Origin: an archaeon
Lineage (GTDB): Archaea > Nanobdellota > Nanobdellia > SCGC-AAA011-G17 > GW2011-AR17
Reading direction: 5' to 3'
DNA: 64,000 nt
Assembly: GCA_043797705.1 (NCBI GenBank)
Contig: JAZDPJ010000002.1
Span: forward strand, 20,833 to 84,832
A program made the position numbers and the translations under genes. Positions 10,092-19,101 of the stretch are shown here, one piece after another. The notes under the pieces are model-generated. The model made no database searches, was not told the DNA's origin, and saw nothing but the letters and a program-made list of their open reading frames with translations. The first letter of the stretch is position 1. Each line of letters starts with the position of its first letter.

Positions 10092-10787
10092 TCAAACATT
10101 CCGAACATCACACTTCTGCACAAACTGCCCGGCAAAATGAGCAAACCCCCGAAGCCGCTGCTCAGAAAAAGGCTCAACTGTTTCGTACTTTGAATCAACA
10201 AGCTTAACCTTAGGATTGAACTGCTGAATAAAATACTTCTTGGCACCAACAATCTCCTTGCAAATATGCTGCAACCTCTCCATATCAAACAAACCAGGAA
10301 CAGCAGTAGTGCGGAACTCATAATCAACATCACTCTTCAACAAAATATCAATAGACCTAAGAATATTCTTAGTATCAACATCAGCATTAACAACCTCAGG
10401 ATAACTATCAAAAGAAGACTTAATATCCATAGCGACATAATCAACAAGCTTGCGATCAATAAGATTACCCAACATCCCAGGATTAGAACCATTAGTATCA
10501 AGCTTAACCTTCAAACCCAAAGACTTCAACTCAGCAAGAAACTCAGGAAGATCACCATGAATAGTAGGCTCACCGCCACTAACACAAACACCATCAATAA
10601 ACTTCCTATGCTCCTTCAAATCCTCAAGAACCCTTGGAATCTGAATCCAATCAGAATCACCATTACCAACCAAACCAGGATTATGGCAAAAAGGACAACT
10701 AAAATTACAACCACCAACAAAAACAGTGGAAACTATATTACCTGGATAATCAACAAGCGAAGTCTTCTGAAAACCTTTTATTATCAT
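10092..10787 (-). CDS. nrdG: Anaerobic ribonucleotide reductase activating protein (radical SAM)
   Basis: CNFSCPFCHNP matches the CxxxCxxC radical SAM motif. Lies immediately downstream of nrdD. Confidence 0.8.
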   Translation of the reverse strand: MIIKGFQKTSLVDYPGNIVSTVFVGGCNFSCPFCHNPGLVGNGDSDWIQIPRVLEDLKEHRKFIDGVCVSGGEPTIHGDLPEFLAELKSLGLKVKLDTNGSNPGMLGNLIDRKLVDYVAMDIKSSFDSYPEVVNADVDTKNILRSIDILLKSDVDYEFRTTAVPGLFDMERLQHICKEIVGAKKYFIQQFNPKVKLVDSKYETVEPFSEQRLRGFAHFAGQFVQKCDVRNV

Positions 10788-10789
10788 CT

Positions 10790-11017
10790 TCAGTACTGCC
10801 TCAGAGAAGGAGACACACGCTTAACCTTATCCTTATCGCTCTTCATACTGACCTCAGTATCATAAGCCTTCCTCTGCTTAAACTCCTCGTACTTGCCCTT
10901 GTTCCAGAACTGCACAGGCCTATGGTACCCCACAACCCTGCTATAAACCTCACATGGAACAACTCTCTCGCCAGTTCTCGCCTCAACCTCTTCCTTAACA
11001 TTTTCTATTTCATACAT
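10790..11017 (-). CDS. nrdD: NrdD C-terminal glycyl-radical segment encoded in a +1 frame relative to nrdD
   Basis: EVYSRVVGYHRPVQFWNKGK is the RxxGY glycyl-radical motif of class III RNR. Its ATG overlaps the nrdD stop (GTA TGA A). Confidence 0.6.
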   Translation of the reverse strand: MYEIENVKEEVEARTGERVVPCEVYSRVVGYHRPVQFWNKGKYEEFKQRKAYDTEVSMKSDKDKVKRVSPSLRQY

Positions 11018-14000
11018 TCATATCACCCTTTATATCTCTCACAATACCATACATCTTAAGCTGCTCCTCTGTATGCTCATGAGGACACTCAAAATGTTCA
11101 CCCTTCACATAACCATGAACTGGACAGATACTGAAAGTAGGAGTCAAAGTGAAATAAGGCAGCTTGAAATTAGTAGCAATCTTCCTAACAAGTGCCTTGC
11201 ATGTCTGAATATCATCAATGCGCTCGCCAAGGAAGCCATGCAATACAGTACCACCAGTATACTTTGACTGAATCTCATCCTGCAGCTGCAACGCCTCAAA
11301 AATGTCATCAGTATAATTCACCGGAAGATGAGTCGAGTTCGTATAATAAGGCTCACCTTCGCCAGCAGTGATGATATCCTGGAACTTGCTCTTGTCAGCC
11401 TTCGCAAGACGATAAGTCGCACCCTCAGCAGGCGTGGCTTCCAAGTTATAGTTATTGCCTGTCTTCTTCTGATAATCAGCAATACGCTCAAGCATCGCAC
11501 CCATCACCCTAAGAGCAAACTTACGACCCTCCTCACTAGCGATACTCTTGCCGAACAGGTTCAAACAAGCTTCATTCATGCCAAGAATCCCGATGGTGTT
11601 AAAATGATTGGACCAATAACTACCTGAAGACTGCTTGACACCAGACAAGTAATGCTTAGCATAAGGATAAAGCCCAAATTCAGTGAACTTCTCAACAGAC
11701 TTCCTCTTAATCTCAAGGCTCAAACTAGCGAGATCCATAAGCCTGAACAACCTCTGCATGAACTCATCCTCATTCTCAGAAAGATAACCTATACGAGGAA
11801 GATTCAAAGTAACTACCCCGAGACTACCTGTCAGAGGATGCGCCCCAAAGACACCGCCCTTACGCCTGATCTCACGGTTGTCCAAACGAAGCCTGCAGCA
11901 CATCGACCTCGCATCATCAGGATCCATATCAGAATTCACAAAATTAGCGAAATAAGGCATGCCATACCGAGCAGTCATCTCCCAAATAATATCATACTCT
12001 GGATTATCCCAATCCAAATCCTTAGTCACATTATACGTGGGAATAGGAAAAGTGAAAATCCTCCCATTAGCATCTCCCGCCATCATCACCTCTGCGAATG
12101 CCCTGTTAATCATCTCCATCTCCTTCTGGAACTCGCCATACTTCTCAGGATTAGGCTTGCCTCCAATGATAACAGGCTTGTCAGCCAACGCCTTAGGACA
12201 CTTAAGATCCAAAGTAATATTTGAAAAAGGACACTGAAAACCTACTCGCGTAGGAACATTCATGTTGAACAGGAATTCCTGCATGGCTTGCTTGACTTCC
12301 TTGTAGGACAGATTGTCATAGCGAACGAATGGTGCGAGGAAAGTATCAAACCCTGAGAACGCCTGCGCCCCGGCACAATTACCACACCAACAAGCCTTTC
12401 CGTTCCTCCTAACATACAATGTATGATTAGGCACCTCCAAGCAATAGACATTCCCCGAATACCTTACTTTCTTAATATTAGACTTCGACAGCCTGAAGTA
12501 TTTAGTCCTTGAAACCCCGATGTCGTACCATCTAAATTTGCCTTTCTTCCTTTCATAGATATTAGCATTCCATCCCAGCTTCAAAACTACCTCCTGAAAA
12601 TCATCTGCCAACCTCCTGCTTTTCGTAGAATATTCCACATTTCCATTTGCAATATACCCGTCACCATTCATCATCCAATCAAATAAAATCTTTAATTGCC
12701 TAGAGGACAATGATTTAACATCATTAGGCAAAAACTTGTCTCCAGCCTTGCCAAACTTCTCCAGATAAGAAAACAATTGCTTATCACAGATAACAAATTC
12801 CAGTTTCTTGCTGTCCACAATCTTTTTATTGTAATTAAATGGCAATTTACTAAGAATGTTTTCAAAAGAATCAGCCACCTTACCCTTATTCTGGGTTATC
12901 CTAACCGCATACTCATAGAAAACCTTTTTTCTCCCTTCTCGTTTTCTTTCCCGCTTATACAAACAGCCTTCTGCTATCCAAAAGCCAAAAAAAGCTAACC
13001 AAACATCCATCGGTATCTTTTTAGGCCCTACTCTCTTTAGAACATACTTATCTCCAAAATGTTGATACTGCCTTATCTCAATGCCTGGCAGAACAAAATT
13101 GGCCTTATCCTTGGTTTTCCAGATAGAAACTTTTGGAATCCAGTTAGTATTAGGGTTAAACTCATTTGCCTTAACAAATTTTGTCGAATTATCTTTCTTG
13201 GCATGAAAATACTGCCAAACCAGCATACTATGCTCTGGAGTCACAAGAAGATCAAGTTTTTTTGTCCTAAAATTATACAGCTCCTGAGACCTTTTATATT
13301 TAAAAAATCTTAAGGGCTTATGCAAGCTTATAACCCCCCTATTGTTCCTAGTGAAGACTTTATCCACCTTCTTCACATCATAAAAATATTTCCAGCCCTC
13401 CTCAGTAAGGACTTCTGTGTCCTCTGAATAGCATTCCCCCTGCAAAGTATAAACAAAATTAGTCACCTGCCCCAAAGCAGCACGCAAGTGCTTCGGCGGA
13501 GCACTCTGAAGCTTGCCCGATACTCCCCCGAATCCCCGGATAAGAAGGTCCTGCAAGTCCCACCCACAGCAATAACTCGCAAGAATCTGCAAATCATGCA
13601 AATGGAAATCACCCTCAACATGCGCATCCCTAATCTCAGGAGGATACACCTTATGAAGCCAATAGTTCGAACTCACTATAGAAGAGATATGATTGTTCAG
13701 CCCCTGAAGAGAATAAGCCATGTTGCTGTTCTCCTTCACACGCCAATCAGTCTCACGCAAATAACCATCCATTATATCATTAGAGTTCACAAAAGACCTG
13801 AACTCCCTCAAACGCTTATGCTGCTCACGATAGATTATGAAAGCCTTAGCAGTCTTGGCATGACCCTCCTCAATAAGTATCTTCTCCACCGCATCCTGAA
13901 CATCCTCAACATTAGGCACAACCTTATCAGAGAAACCCTTGTTCTCCAGATAAGCAACAATCTTCCTTGTCAGCTCCTTCGCCTTGTCATAATCCCTTCC

Positions 14001-14114
14001 GCCAACAGACTTCGCAGCACGGAAGATAGCATCGCAAATCTTCTGAGGATTGAACAAAACAACCTCCTTGTTACGCTTCTTAACCTGAGATATTTCCGTA
14101 GATACCATAATCAC
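11010..14114 (-). CDS. nrdD: Anaerobic ribonucleoside-triphosphate reductase (class III) with N-terminal ATP-cone and one intein
   Basis: ATP-cone at the N-terminus, SMCCRLRLD thiyl-radical region, and a C-terminal zinc-ribbon half. 1034 aa, of which about 352 aa is an intein. GTG start. Confidence 0.85.
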   Translation of the reverse strand: MIMVSTEISQVKKRNKEVVLFNPQKICDAIFRAAKSVGGRDYDKAKELTRKIVAYLENKGFSDKVVPNVEDVQDAVEKILIEEGHAKTAKAFIIYREQHKRLREFRSFVNSNDIMDGYLRETDWRVKENSNMAYSLQGLNNHISSIVSSNYWLHKVYPPEIRDAHVEGDFHLHDLQILASYCCGWDLQDLLIRGFGGVSGKLQSAPPKHLRAALGQVTNFVYTLQGECYSEDTEVLTEEGWKYFYDVKKVDKVFTRNNRGVISLHKPLRFFKYKRSQELYNFRTKKLDLLVTPEHSMLVWQYFHAKKDNSTKFVKANEFNPNTNWIPKVSIWKTKDKANFVLPGIEIRQYQHFGDKYVLKRVGPKKIPMDVWLAFFGFWIAEGCLYKRERKREGRKKVFYEYAVRITQNKGKVADSFENILSKLPFNYNKKIVDSKKLEFVICDKQLFSYLEKFGKAGDKFLPNDVKSLSSRQLKILFDWMMNGDGYIANGNVEYSTKSRRLADDFQEVVLKLGWNANIYERKKGKFRWYDIGVSRTKYFRLSKSNIKKVRYSGNVYCLEVPNHTLYVRRNGKACWCGNCAGAQAFSGFDTFLAPFVRYDNLSYKEVKQAMQEFLFNMNVPTRVGFQCPFSNITLDLKCPKALADKPVIIGGKPNPEKYGEFQKEMEMINRAFAEVMMAGDANGRIFTFPIPTYNVTKDLDWDNPEYDIIWEMTARYGMPYFANFVNSDMDPDDARSMCCRLRLDNREIRRKGGVFGAHPLTGSLGVVTLNLPRIGYLSENEDEFMQRLFRLMDLASLSLEIKRKSVEKFTEFGLYPYAKHYLSGVKQSSGSYWSNHFNTIGILGMNEACLNLFGKSIASEEGRKFALRVMGAMLERIADYQKKTGNNYNLEATPAEGATYRLAKADKSKFQDIITAGEGEPYYTNSTHLPVNYTDDIFEALQLQDEIQSKYTGGTVLHGFLGERIDDIQTCKALVRKIATNFKLPYFTLTPTFSICPVHGYVKGEHFECPHEHTEEQLKMYGIVRDIKGDMNV
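12378..13433 (-). mobile_element. Intein with LAGLIDADG homing endonuclease domain inside nrdD (residues ~228-579)
   Basis: Block A CYSEDTEVLTEEG and block B LVTPEHSMLV. Two LAGLIDADG-type motifs (LAFFGFWIAEGC, LKILFDWMMNGDGY). C-terminal ...NGKACWCGN followed by Cys. More AT-rich than the flanking extein. The C-terminal boundary is approximate. Confidence 0.65.
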
Positions 14115-14145
14115 CGCTTTTTCCCCTTTTAGTCCCTTAAATCTT

Positions 14146-14153
14146 ATTTAAAC
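14146..14153 (-). promoter_or_regulatory. Putative archaeal TATA box (TTTAAATA) for nrdD, ~35 nt upstream of the GTG start
   Basis: Exact TTTAWATA-like sequence on the minus strand in the 55-bp nrdR-nrdD spacer, with GGTGA 5 nt before the start. Confidence 0.3.
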
Positions 14154-14169
14154 ATATCTGTGATGCGAA

Positions 14170-14616
14170 CTATTTCTTCAACAACTGCTTTACCTCATCC
14201 TGAAAAGAGGTTATGTCCGCAAATTCCCGATACACTGATGCGAAACGAATGTAAGCCACCTTATCAAGCCTCATCAGATGCTTCATGACCAGCTCGCCGA
14301 CAACCGCGCTCGGAACCTCATTTGACTTATAGTTCCTCAGCTTGGACTCAATCAGGCTTATCGTCTCCCCAATCTTCTCATCAGATATGCCCCTCTTCTC
14401 GCAAGCCCTAAACATGCCCTTCCTTATCTTCTCAGAATCGAAAATCTCCTTGGCACCGTTCTTCTTAACCACAAAAAGATTCAGAAGCTCAACCCGCTCA
14501 TATGTAGTGAACCTCTTCTCGCAGCCATTGCATTCCCTACGCCTGCGCGTCATCCCATTAGCATCCCGCTTATCCGTGACCTTTGTCTCTGATTTTTGGC
14601 AGAATGGACATATCAT
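14170..14616 (-). CDS. nrdR: NrdR-family transcriptional repressor (zinc ribbon plus ATP-cone)
   Basis: MICPFCQ...ECNGCEKRFTTYERVE zinc ribbon followed by an ATP-cone (VVKKNGAKEIFDSEKI...). Directly upstream of nrdD. Confidence 0.8.
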   Translation of the reverse strand: MICPFCQKSETKVTDKRDANGMTRRRRECNGCEKRFTTYERVELLNLFVVKKNGAKEIFDSEKIRKGMFRACEKRGISDEKIGETISLIESKLRNYKSNEVPSAVVGELVMKHLMRLDKVAYIRFASVYREFADITSFQDEVKQLLKK

Positions 14617-14713
14617 CTTGAATACAACCTCTTGTAGCTAACCACTTACGATTATACAAGATGTTGTGCTTTATATACATTTATATATTTCAAAATAGAA
14701 TTCAAAAAACACA

Positions 14714-15454
14714 TCATTCCATCAATATTTTCACAAGACCACTTTGATCCCTGCTGGTATTGACATCAAACACAGTCACATCAAGATCCTCAACAGGCTT
14801 ATTAGAACTCAAAATCGCGATAACACTTTTACCATGAAACCTCAAAGCAGCAACCATCTCAGCATCATAGTTAGCATCGCCCATAACACCATAATACTGA
14901 AAATGCGGACGATCCCTGACAAAATATTCTTCAACAATTGCGGCTTTCCTATATGCATTAGGATAAACACCATCAAAACCTAAAAAATCAGCATAAGCAT
15001 CTGCAACAACAGAAATATTCCCAGTAACATAATACTTCTTAGCAATCTCAACCAAAGAACAAAAATCCTCAACACCAGGATAAAAAGACCCCTTAATAGT
15101 TTCTAGAGTGAACATCTCCCTCAATTCCTCAAGAGCCTCTTCTGTATCAAGGAACCTAGAAACATAATCATCCCACATCCTACACTCAGCATCATACCTA
15201 TTAAAAGCAAGATTATAAAAAGCCTTAGCACACCAAGCAAAATAAGACAAACCAGAACGCCTAGTGCCAACAGCCTTCCTAACAATCAGCTTCGCAGAAG
15301 AAGGAGCATGAGTATCATCAAGATCAAACAACCAAGCATGCGTACTAAAAACCCTTTTTTGTAGTTCGTTACAGATTTGGTCCCGAGACCTGTCCTTGGC
15401 CAACTTGTCGCTTACTGCGACCCAAGAATCACATGAGCGGGATATAACCTTCAT
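14714..15454 (-). CDS. HAD-like hydrolase (putative)
   Basis: WLFDLDDTHAP resembles HAD motif I. Confidence 0.4.
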   Translation of the reverse strand: MKVISRSCDSWVAVSDKLAKDRSRDQICNELQKRVFSTHAWLFDLDDTHAPSSAKLIVRKAVGTRRSGLSYFAWCAKAFYNLAFNRYDAECRMWDDYVSRFLDTEEALEELREMFTLETIKGSFYPGVEDFCSLVEIAKKYYVTGNISVVADAYADFLGFDGVYPNAYRKAAIVEEYFVRDRPHFQYYGVMGDANYDAEMVAALRFHGKSVIAILSSNKPVEDLDVTVFDVNTSRDQSGLVKILME

Positions 15455-15633
15455 AAGCTAACATTTCTGCAAACCATTTTTAAGGTTTACGGAAAAATCA
15501 ACACAATCGGCAATGCCTCATCCACCCAACAGTCCTTACTAGGACATAACAGCGCAGAAACAACACTCATGTATGTGCACATGGGCAGTCCAAAAATGAT
15601 CTCTGTAAAAAGCCCCTATGACAATTAGATAGA

Positions 15634-16269
15634 TTATAACAACTTCTTCAAATCATCTAGATTAATAACCGGCTTAGAAATCCTCCTGCTGTCATCATAG
15701 CCAATCCTCGGACAAGCAGTGTTGACCCAGCACTCAATATCTGGAAAGTTCTCCAGCTCACTGAAATCCAAAGTGTCAAAAAGGAAAATGAAAGTTTCTT
15801 TTTTTGTTTCCTTCTTGAAATCCTCTGCAACTTTCAGATTATTCTGACCAGACTTCAACGATACAAGAATCCCAATCTTATCTGCGTTCATGAATTTCAA
15901 AAAAGCACCACGAGTCTTCTTCTCCTGATTTTCAAGATCAGACTTAGAAATAATCCGAACGGTAAGAGTGTAAGGATCAGCACAATAAACATCCTTGCCA
16001 GTCTCGCGAACAATCTGCAGTGGATGGAACTCTCCAGAACCAATGAAAAGAAAAGCATCAACCTTACTGTTTATCTTCTTGGCAGCAGAAACATCACAAC
16101 CAAGAACCTGCCCACCAACAACACTATCTGGAAAAACTTTCTTAACATCATCCAATGTATGCAGATGCTGAACAGTAGTCAACAAACCAAACTTCTTCTT
16201 AGCTTTGATCTTCTTAATCACCGGCAGAACATCAAGCTTCGACCTTGCATGAACAAAAATAGTCTTCAT
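15634..16269 (-). CDS. Dph2-like / 4Fe-4S-binding protein (putative, short)
   Basis: The NTACPRI motif and conserved Cys positions resemble diphthamide synthase Dph2, but at 211 aa this is shorter than canonical Dph2. Confidence 0.3.
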   Translation of the reverse strand: MKTIFVHARSKLDVLPVIKKIKAKKKFGLLTTVQHLHTLDDVKKVFPDSVVGGQVLGCDVSAAKKINSKVDAFLFIGSGEFHPLQIVRETGKDVYCADPYTLTVRIISKSDLENQEKKTRGAFLKFMNADKIGILVSLKSGQNNLKVAEDFKKETKKETFIFLFDTLDFSELENFPDIECWVNTACPRIGYDDSRRISKPVINLDDLKKLL

Positions 16270-16784
16270 TTTAACTTCTTAATCTCAGCCTTCTCAGAAA
16301 TGATAGCAGAATTGCCAGAAGGATCCTCAATAACTATCTTCAAGGGAACATCACCGCACTTGACCTTCCAAATCTTCTTCAACAGATTCTTAGCATTCTT
16401 CCTAACATCCTCCTCATCAGTACTATCGCGCTCACCCTCAATAATTGACTTGAACCTGTCAATCAAACCCTCAACATTAGAAACAAAACCAATAGAGCTC
16501 GGACCAGGAGTCATAGACATCTTCATCTGAGGAACCAAAACAGTAGCCTCAGAAGACTTAACAACCCTAACCTTAAGATCCTCCTCATTCTCAGCAGTGA
16601 AAGTAACCCTGCAAGGCTCCTTGCTCTCCTCAGCCTCAACATCAGACTTGAAATACTTACAATTAGAACAGCTCATAGAAAAAACATAAGTCTTACCAAA
16701 AAAAGGGATCTCAATCTCATCCTCAGTCAAAGTAAGATTCTTAGTCCTACAAAACGGACACAGTTCATGCTCTATCTTATCCAT
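16266..16784 (-). CDS. ZPR1-type zinc-finger protein
   Basis: CPFC...CSNC C4 finger followed by a ZPR1-like domain, as in archaeal ZPR1 homologues. Confidence 0.55.
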   Translation of the reverse strand: MDKIEHELCPFCRTKNLTLTEDEIEIPFFGKTYVFSMSCSNCKYFKSDVEAEESKEPCRVTFTAENEEDLKVRVVKSSEATVLVPQMKMSMTPGPSSIGFVSNVEGLIDRFKSIIEGERDSTDEEDVRKNAKNLLKKIWKVKCGDVPLKIVIEDPSGNSAIISEKAEIKKLK

Positions 16785-16826
16785 AACCCTAGAAAAAAGC
16801 TGATTTATTTAAAAAGCTTACGATAA

Positions 16827-17423
16827 TCAACCAGGAGAAATCTTCCCGATATGGGAGCGAATAATCTTTCTCTTCTTTTCATACAACTCGCCATAAAGCT
16901 TTCCCTTCTTTCCATCCGAGAGAAACGCCATTACCAATACAGACAAAAGCCCTATTGAAAAGAAAGCTGACCCTGCATAGGTTATCACAGACTTTACGAA
17001 AGCATAAATCTGATAGTTCTCTGTGCCCTTAATTTCATCAAGCTTTATCCCAAGATAACCAGACATATTATCAACAGCCTCACCCTTGATCTCATCGGCA
17101 GACTTTGCGACCCTTAAGCTATCTTCCAAGAACCTAGACTCATAAGGCAACTCATAAACATAAGACTCAAGATTCTTTTTAGCAGTATCAACCTTTCTCA
17201 AACTTCTCTCTAACTTAGCAACTTCTCCTAATGGAACAGACTTGGCATAAGGATTCAAGTAACCTTCAAAACAAAAAGCAGACAACCCTCCTGCAGCCAG
17301 AACGAGAGACACAGCAGCACATTTCACAAACCGCCTCTTAACTGATTTAACTTTCTGAAAATACATATCATCTATGCTTTTCAGGTTCTCGTCAAGGCTT
17401 CCAGAATATTCTTCGTCAGTTGC
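16827..17423 (-). CDS. Hypothetical membrane protein with coiled-coil region
   Basis: Two TM segments. Start trimmed to avoid overlap with the SepF-like gene. Confidence 0.35.
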   Translation of the reverse strand, partial: ATDEEYSGSLDENLKSIDDMYFQKVKSVKRRFVKCAAVSLVLAAGGLSAFCFEGYLNPYAKSVPLGEVAKLERSLRKVDTAKKNLESYVYELPYESRFLEDSLRVAKSADEIKGEAVDNMSGYLGIKLDEIKGTENYQIYAFVKSVITYAGSAFFSIGLLSVLVMAFLSDGKKGKLYGELYEKKRKIIRSHIGKISPG

Positions 17424-17439
17424 CATATAGTAAAAAAAA

Positions 17440-17835
17440 TTATAATGCATCAGTTTGAACTGCTGCATTTCTGTGTATCTGCGCAAATGACGGAGTCACA
17501 ATCAGCCAGTTCTCATCAAAGCCAGCAATATCTCCCTCAATAGCCTCACAAGTCTTTCTCAACTTGTTGACCACACGCTTCAACTCTATAAGATCCTCAT
17601 TCCTTATAGGACCAATATTGATAAGAGCAATAGTATAACCCTCTCTCAGTGCTTCCAAAGGCGCCTTAACATCACTAAACTCGTTAATAACAAAAGGTTT
17701 GACAACAATCTTCTGCTTAGGCTGCTCCTTAGTCTGGTTTGTGTCTATCTCTAAATAATCTTCGCCAAATTCGTCTGGATAATCATTTGTAGAGCCAATG
17801 ATTTTGTCTCTAAGTTTTAATAATCTTTCACGCAT
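17440..17835 (-). CDS. SepF-like (DUF552) cell-division protein (putative)
   Basis: FSDVKAPLEALREGYTIALINIGPI...VNKLRKTCEAIEGDIAG resembles archaeal SepF. Confidence 0.45.
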   Translation of the reverse strand: MRERLLKLRDKIIGSTNDYPDEFGEDYLEIDTNQTKEQPKQKIVVKPFVINEFSDVKAPLEALREGYTIALINIGPIRNEDLIELKRVVNKLRKTCEAIEGDIAGFDENWLIVTPSFAQIHRNAAVQTDAL

Positions 17836-17914
17836 TTTTTAGCCCCCTTTTTCTACTAGGTAGGATATACCTTTGATATATAAGCATTTCTGTAATCCAG
17901 TAGTATTTTCGCTG

Positions 17915-18157
17915 CTAAGCACTCTCAAGCATACTAACAACATTCCAAATCTGAGGTCGGATATAAGAAGGCACATTAGGATTATCAGAGATATCATCAA
18001 GCTCTTGCAAAGCCTTATTTGCCTTGATCTTGAACTCTTTTTCCTCCTCTAAAGCAGCTATAGCCTTTCGGATCTTCTCTCGGATATTACGAGGAACTGC
18101 CGTATCCTCCTCAATCTGAGTAAGATGCTCAATCAAATCAAGAATTCTTTCCTCCAT
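17915..18157 (-). CDS. UPF0147-family small archaeal protein
   Basis: 80 aa; ...DTAVPRNIREKI...DDISDNPNVPSYIRPQIWNV resembles UPF0147. Confidence 0.5.
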   Translation of the reverse strand: MEERILDLIEHLTQIEEDTAVPRNIREKIRKAIAALEEEKEFKIKANKALQELDDISDNPNVPSYIRPQIWNVVSMLESA

Positions 18158-18489
18158 TATTTCTCCTCTTTAAGCTTTTTCACCACTTCCACCTGAATCT
18201 TATCTGCCTTTTCCTTAACACTATCTTCCTGCTTCTGCAGATTCTTAATCCTTAATTCTAAAACTTCCTTCTTCTCTTCAAGATCCTTAATCAACTTATC
18301 ATGATCCGAAGCAATCATAATAGCGCCAACAATTCTATAAGCAGTACCTTTAGAAATCTTCAACTCCTTCAAAGCATTCTCAACCTCAAACAAATGCGCC
18401 TGAAAATTCTGCTTCTGTGAAATAAAACTCTGAAGATTCTGCTCCAACAATTGAAGCTGTGAAATCTGCTGCTCAGTTTCTTTATCCAT
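18157..18489 (-). CDS. pfdB: Prefoldin beta subunit
   Basis: Coiled coil - beta hairpin (TAYRIVGAIMIASD) - coiled coil, about 110 aa. Sits in the conserved position after rpoP. Gene symbol is by family. Confidence 0.65.
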   Translation of the reverse strand: MDKETEQQISQLQLLEQNLQSFISQKQNFQAHLFEVENALKELKISKGTAYRIVGAIMIASDHDKLIKDLEEKKEVLELRIKNLQKQEDSVKEKADKIQVEVVKKLKEEK

Positions 18490-18508
18490 ATCAATTCCCC
18501 CTAAAAAA

Positions 18509-18646
18509 CTATCTTGCCTTAACATGCGTAGGAACAGTTCTTACCTTGAAAAGAATCTTGCTGCCACAATAAGGACACCTTACTTTTTTCCGGACATAAT
18601 CCGGCTTAACTTCCCGCTCGCAATTGAAACATTTATACGCCGCCAT
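18509..18646 (-). CDS. rpoP: DNA-directed RNA polymerase subunit P (Rpb12/RpoP)
   Basis: MAAYKCFNCEREV...RCPYCGSKILFKVR is a zinc ribbon typical of RpoP. The internal Met of ORF 18509..18781 was used as start. Confidence 0.7.
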   Translation of the reverse strand: MAAYKCFNCEREVKPDYVRKKVRCPYCGSKILFKVRTVPTHVKAR

Positions 18647-18647
18647 T

Positions 18648-18860
18648 TTATTCCACCTTGTAAGCTTTGCTAGTAAACTTACTCTCACACTTTCCGCAAT
18701 GCCAAATACCTGCGGACAATCTCTTAACAGTTCTTCTATTACAATAAGGGCATTGCTGCTGCTTTCTCTGAATCTTCTCAACAGTAACTATCTTCTGCCT
18801 CAACCTCTTACCGTAACGTGCGCCGAAACGGCCTGCAGAACCAACTTTCTTAGTAGCCAT
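18648..18860 (-). CDS. rpl37ae: Ribosomal protein L37Ae (L43e)
   Basis: MATKKVGSAGRFGARYG...CPYCNRRTVKRLSAGIWHCGKC matches the L37ae zinc-ribbon protein. Confidence 0.85.
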   Translation of the reverse strand: MATKKVGSAGRFGARYGKRLRQKIVTVEKIQRKQQQCPYCNRRTVKRLSAGIWHCGKCESKFTSKAYKVE

Positions 18861-18989
18861 ATTAAAACTCCTGTTTATGCTTCAAAAAGCTAGTTTATTT
18901 ATAAATCTTTTGATATTATCCCAGTTGATTGGAAAATGTTTTTATATGCTCCCAAACAGTAATACCATTAAATAATTATAATAAAAAAA

Positions 18990-19063
18990 TGGGACTGCCC
19001 GGATTTGAACCGGGATCGTCCGCTCCCAAAGCGGAAAGTATAGCCAAGTTAGCCCACAGTCCC
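18990..19063 (-). tRNA. tRNA-Pro (anticodon UGG)
   Basis: 74-nt cloverleaf on the minus strand: GGGACTG acceptor, anticodon arm TCCGC-TTTGGGA-GCGGA (UGG), T-arm CCCGG-TTCAAAT-CCGGG. Confidence 0.85.
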
Positions 19064-19101
19064 TAATAACCTAATTAGTGACCTTAACTGCTTTATAAGT
19101 T

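Noticed and set aside
11328-14132. Several long plus-strand ORFs (11652..12224, 13488..14132 and others) antisense to nrdD
   Set aside because: They are low-complexity (Leu/Arg/Ile/His-rich) and lie entirely inside the well-supported minus-strand nrdD. The strong strand compositional bias creates long spurious antisense ORFs.
14115-14169. Possible NrdR box in the nrdR-nrdD spacer (cACAGATATGTtt)
   Set aside because: It is only a loose half-match to the 16-bp NrdR-box palindrome, and no second box is seen at the expected ~31-bp spacing. It is mentioned in the findings only as weak.
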